DNA of 64,000 nt from Nageia nagi (Eukaryota > Plantae > Pinophyta). The notes under the pieces are model-generated. The model was not told the origin of the DNA and made no database searches. It saw only the letters and a program-made list of their open reading frames with translations. Made by a program: the position numbers and the translations under genes. Below are positions 62,880-64,000 of the stretch, one piece after another (within the stretch, counting starts at the first letter, position 1; the number at the start of each line of letters is the position of its first letter). Location of the stretch: contig JBITNC010000002.1 in assembly GCA_050084985.1 (NCBI GenBank), positions 20,894,001 to 20,958,000 on the forward strand. The letters run 5' to 3'.

Positions 62880-63925
62880 TATTCATCCAACTAAGAAATC
62901 AAACTAGCATTATTCGACGTGGAGGTGATAAATGGTTTCCAAACAAGAACATAAAAACTAGTTTTAAAATTAAGCATTATCTATAATACATATGTTCAAG
63001 GAATTTGATCATAATGCAGATGCTTTCTTCACCATAGGAGCGCATGAGTTGAGACATCCAAAATGTTGTTATTAACATCATAATCCTGAGACTGATATCG
63101 CCATAGGAACGTAGGAGTTTAGGCATAAAAAATATAGGGGCTATCATTAAAAACCATGGATTGAAATTCTTCAACCAACTATTGATGAGCTACATGAAGA
63201 CTAAGATGTAATACCAACCATGTGGTCAACTTTTCAGGATTCTACTGAGATTTGTAATTCCAGGCTGAGATGAATGGTTTTCAAAGGAGCATATTTGAGA
63301 GCTCAATGCTGGATTCTTGGTCAGCAGAGGAATGAGCCATCCAGATATGACTTAATTAAACCCCTATATTATCCTAGACTTCTCTATAGATTGATTTATC
63401 TTCAAACTATTTTTTTATTACATTTTATCCATAGGGTCCATAGTATCATAGAAGGGACAGAAGACCAAACTATTGAAGGTACCTTCCTCTTACGTGGGTA
63501 AAACCAAGATAGTAATAAATGCCCAATACTTTGAGGTATAGCCTTGGTGAAGGAGAAAATGTTGATGAACTGAACCCAAACTTCATAAGAAAAGGGATAG
63601 TGAAGAAGCAGATGGGATCCCTTTTCAATTGAATCGTTGCACAAGAATCATTGGAAAATCTTATGCTAGCCTCTCTTGAATAGTTGTTCACTAGAGAGGA
63701 ATTTATTGTATGCTACAACCCATGAGAAGAAATTGGTCTTAGGATAATCGTTTGACCTCCATATTTTATTCCAAATTATAGGAGGCCAAACTTGAGTTAT
63801 GGGGGAAGCCGCGTGTATGTATACTGATCAAACTATATAGTCTTCCTTTGGGGTTGGTACCCAGATGAGGTAGTCTTCTTCATTCGATTTAATCATATTA
63901 AGTTGTAACAGGGAGTTAAGAGCCT
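62880..63925 (-). mobile_element. Decayed L1 LINE 3' fragment (zf-RVT region)
   Basis: KIWRSNDYPKTNFFSW, CNDSIEKGSHLLLHYPFSYEVW, LWTLWIKCNKKI. Confidence 0.75.
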
Positions 63926-64000
63926 TTCTTTCTTTCTTTTTTTTTGGTAAGTAAAAAAACTTTAAATTAACTAAAAAAACAAATCACGCATAGGATACAC

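Overview
AT-rich, repeat-dominated plant nuclear DNA. The TE and PPR families look conifer/gymnosperm-like, which is inference only. Two host genes are supportable, both on the minus strand. One is an intact 3-exon LORELEI-like (LLG) gene (42626-43210) that ends right after the 8th conserved Cys and has no GPI signal. The other is a 5-exon expansin-like A gene (53534-60062) whose exon 4 is split by a young full-length Ty1/copia element (53894-59183, TSD GCAAC) and whose first two homologous splice donors are non-canonical. The rest is layered TEs: CACTA and hAT transposase remnants with 25-26-bp tandem arrays, a gag-only Tat-like LTR element, an old chromovirus-like gypsy, a GAG-AP-only gypsy, a small TRIM-like element, LINE fragments and a long (ATG)n microsatellite. 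Two structures stand out. A tandem non-autonomous LTR element (26714-29518) has two U3 ends in inverted orientation, yet sits in one 5-bp TSD. A PLS-class PPR pseudogene has turned into a ~228-bp (76-codon) tandem array. All coordinates and alignments were read by eye, no searches were run, and boundaries of degenerate elements are approximate.
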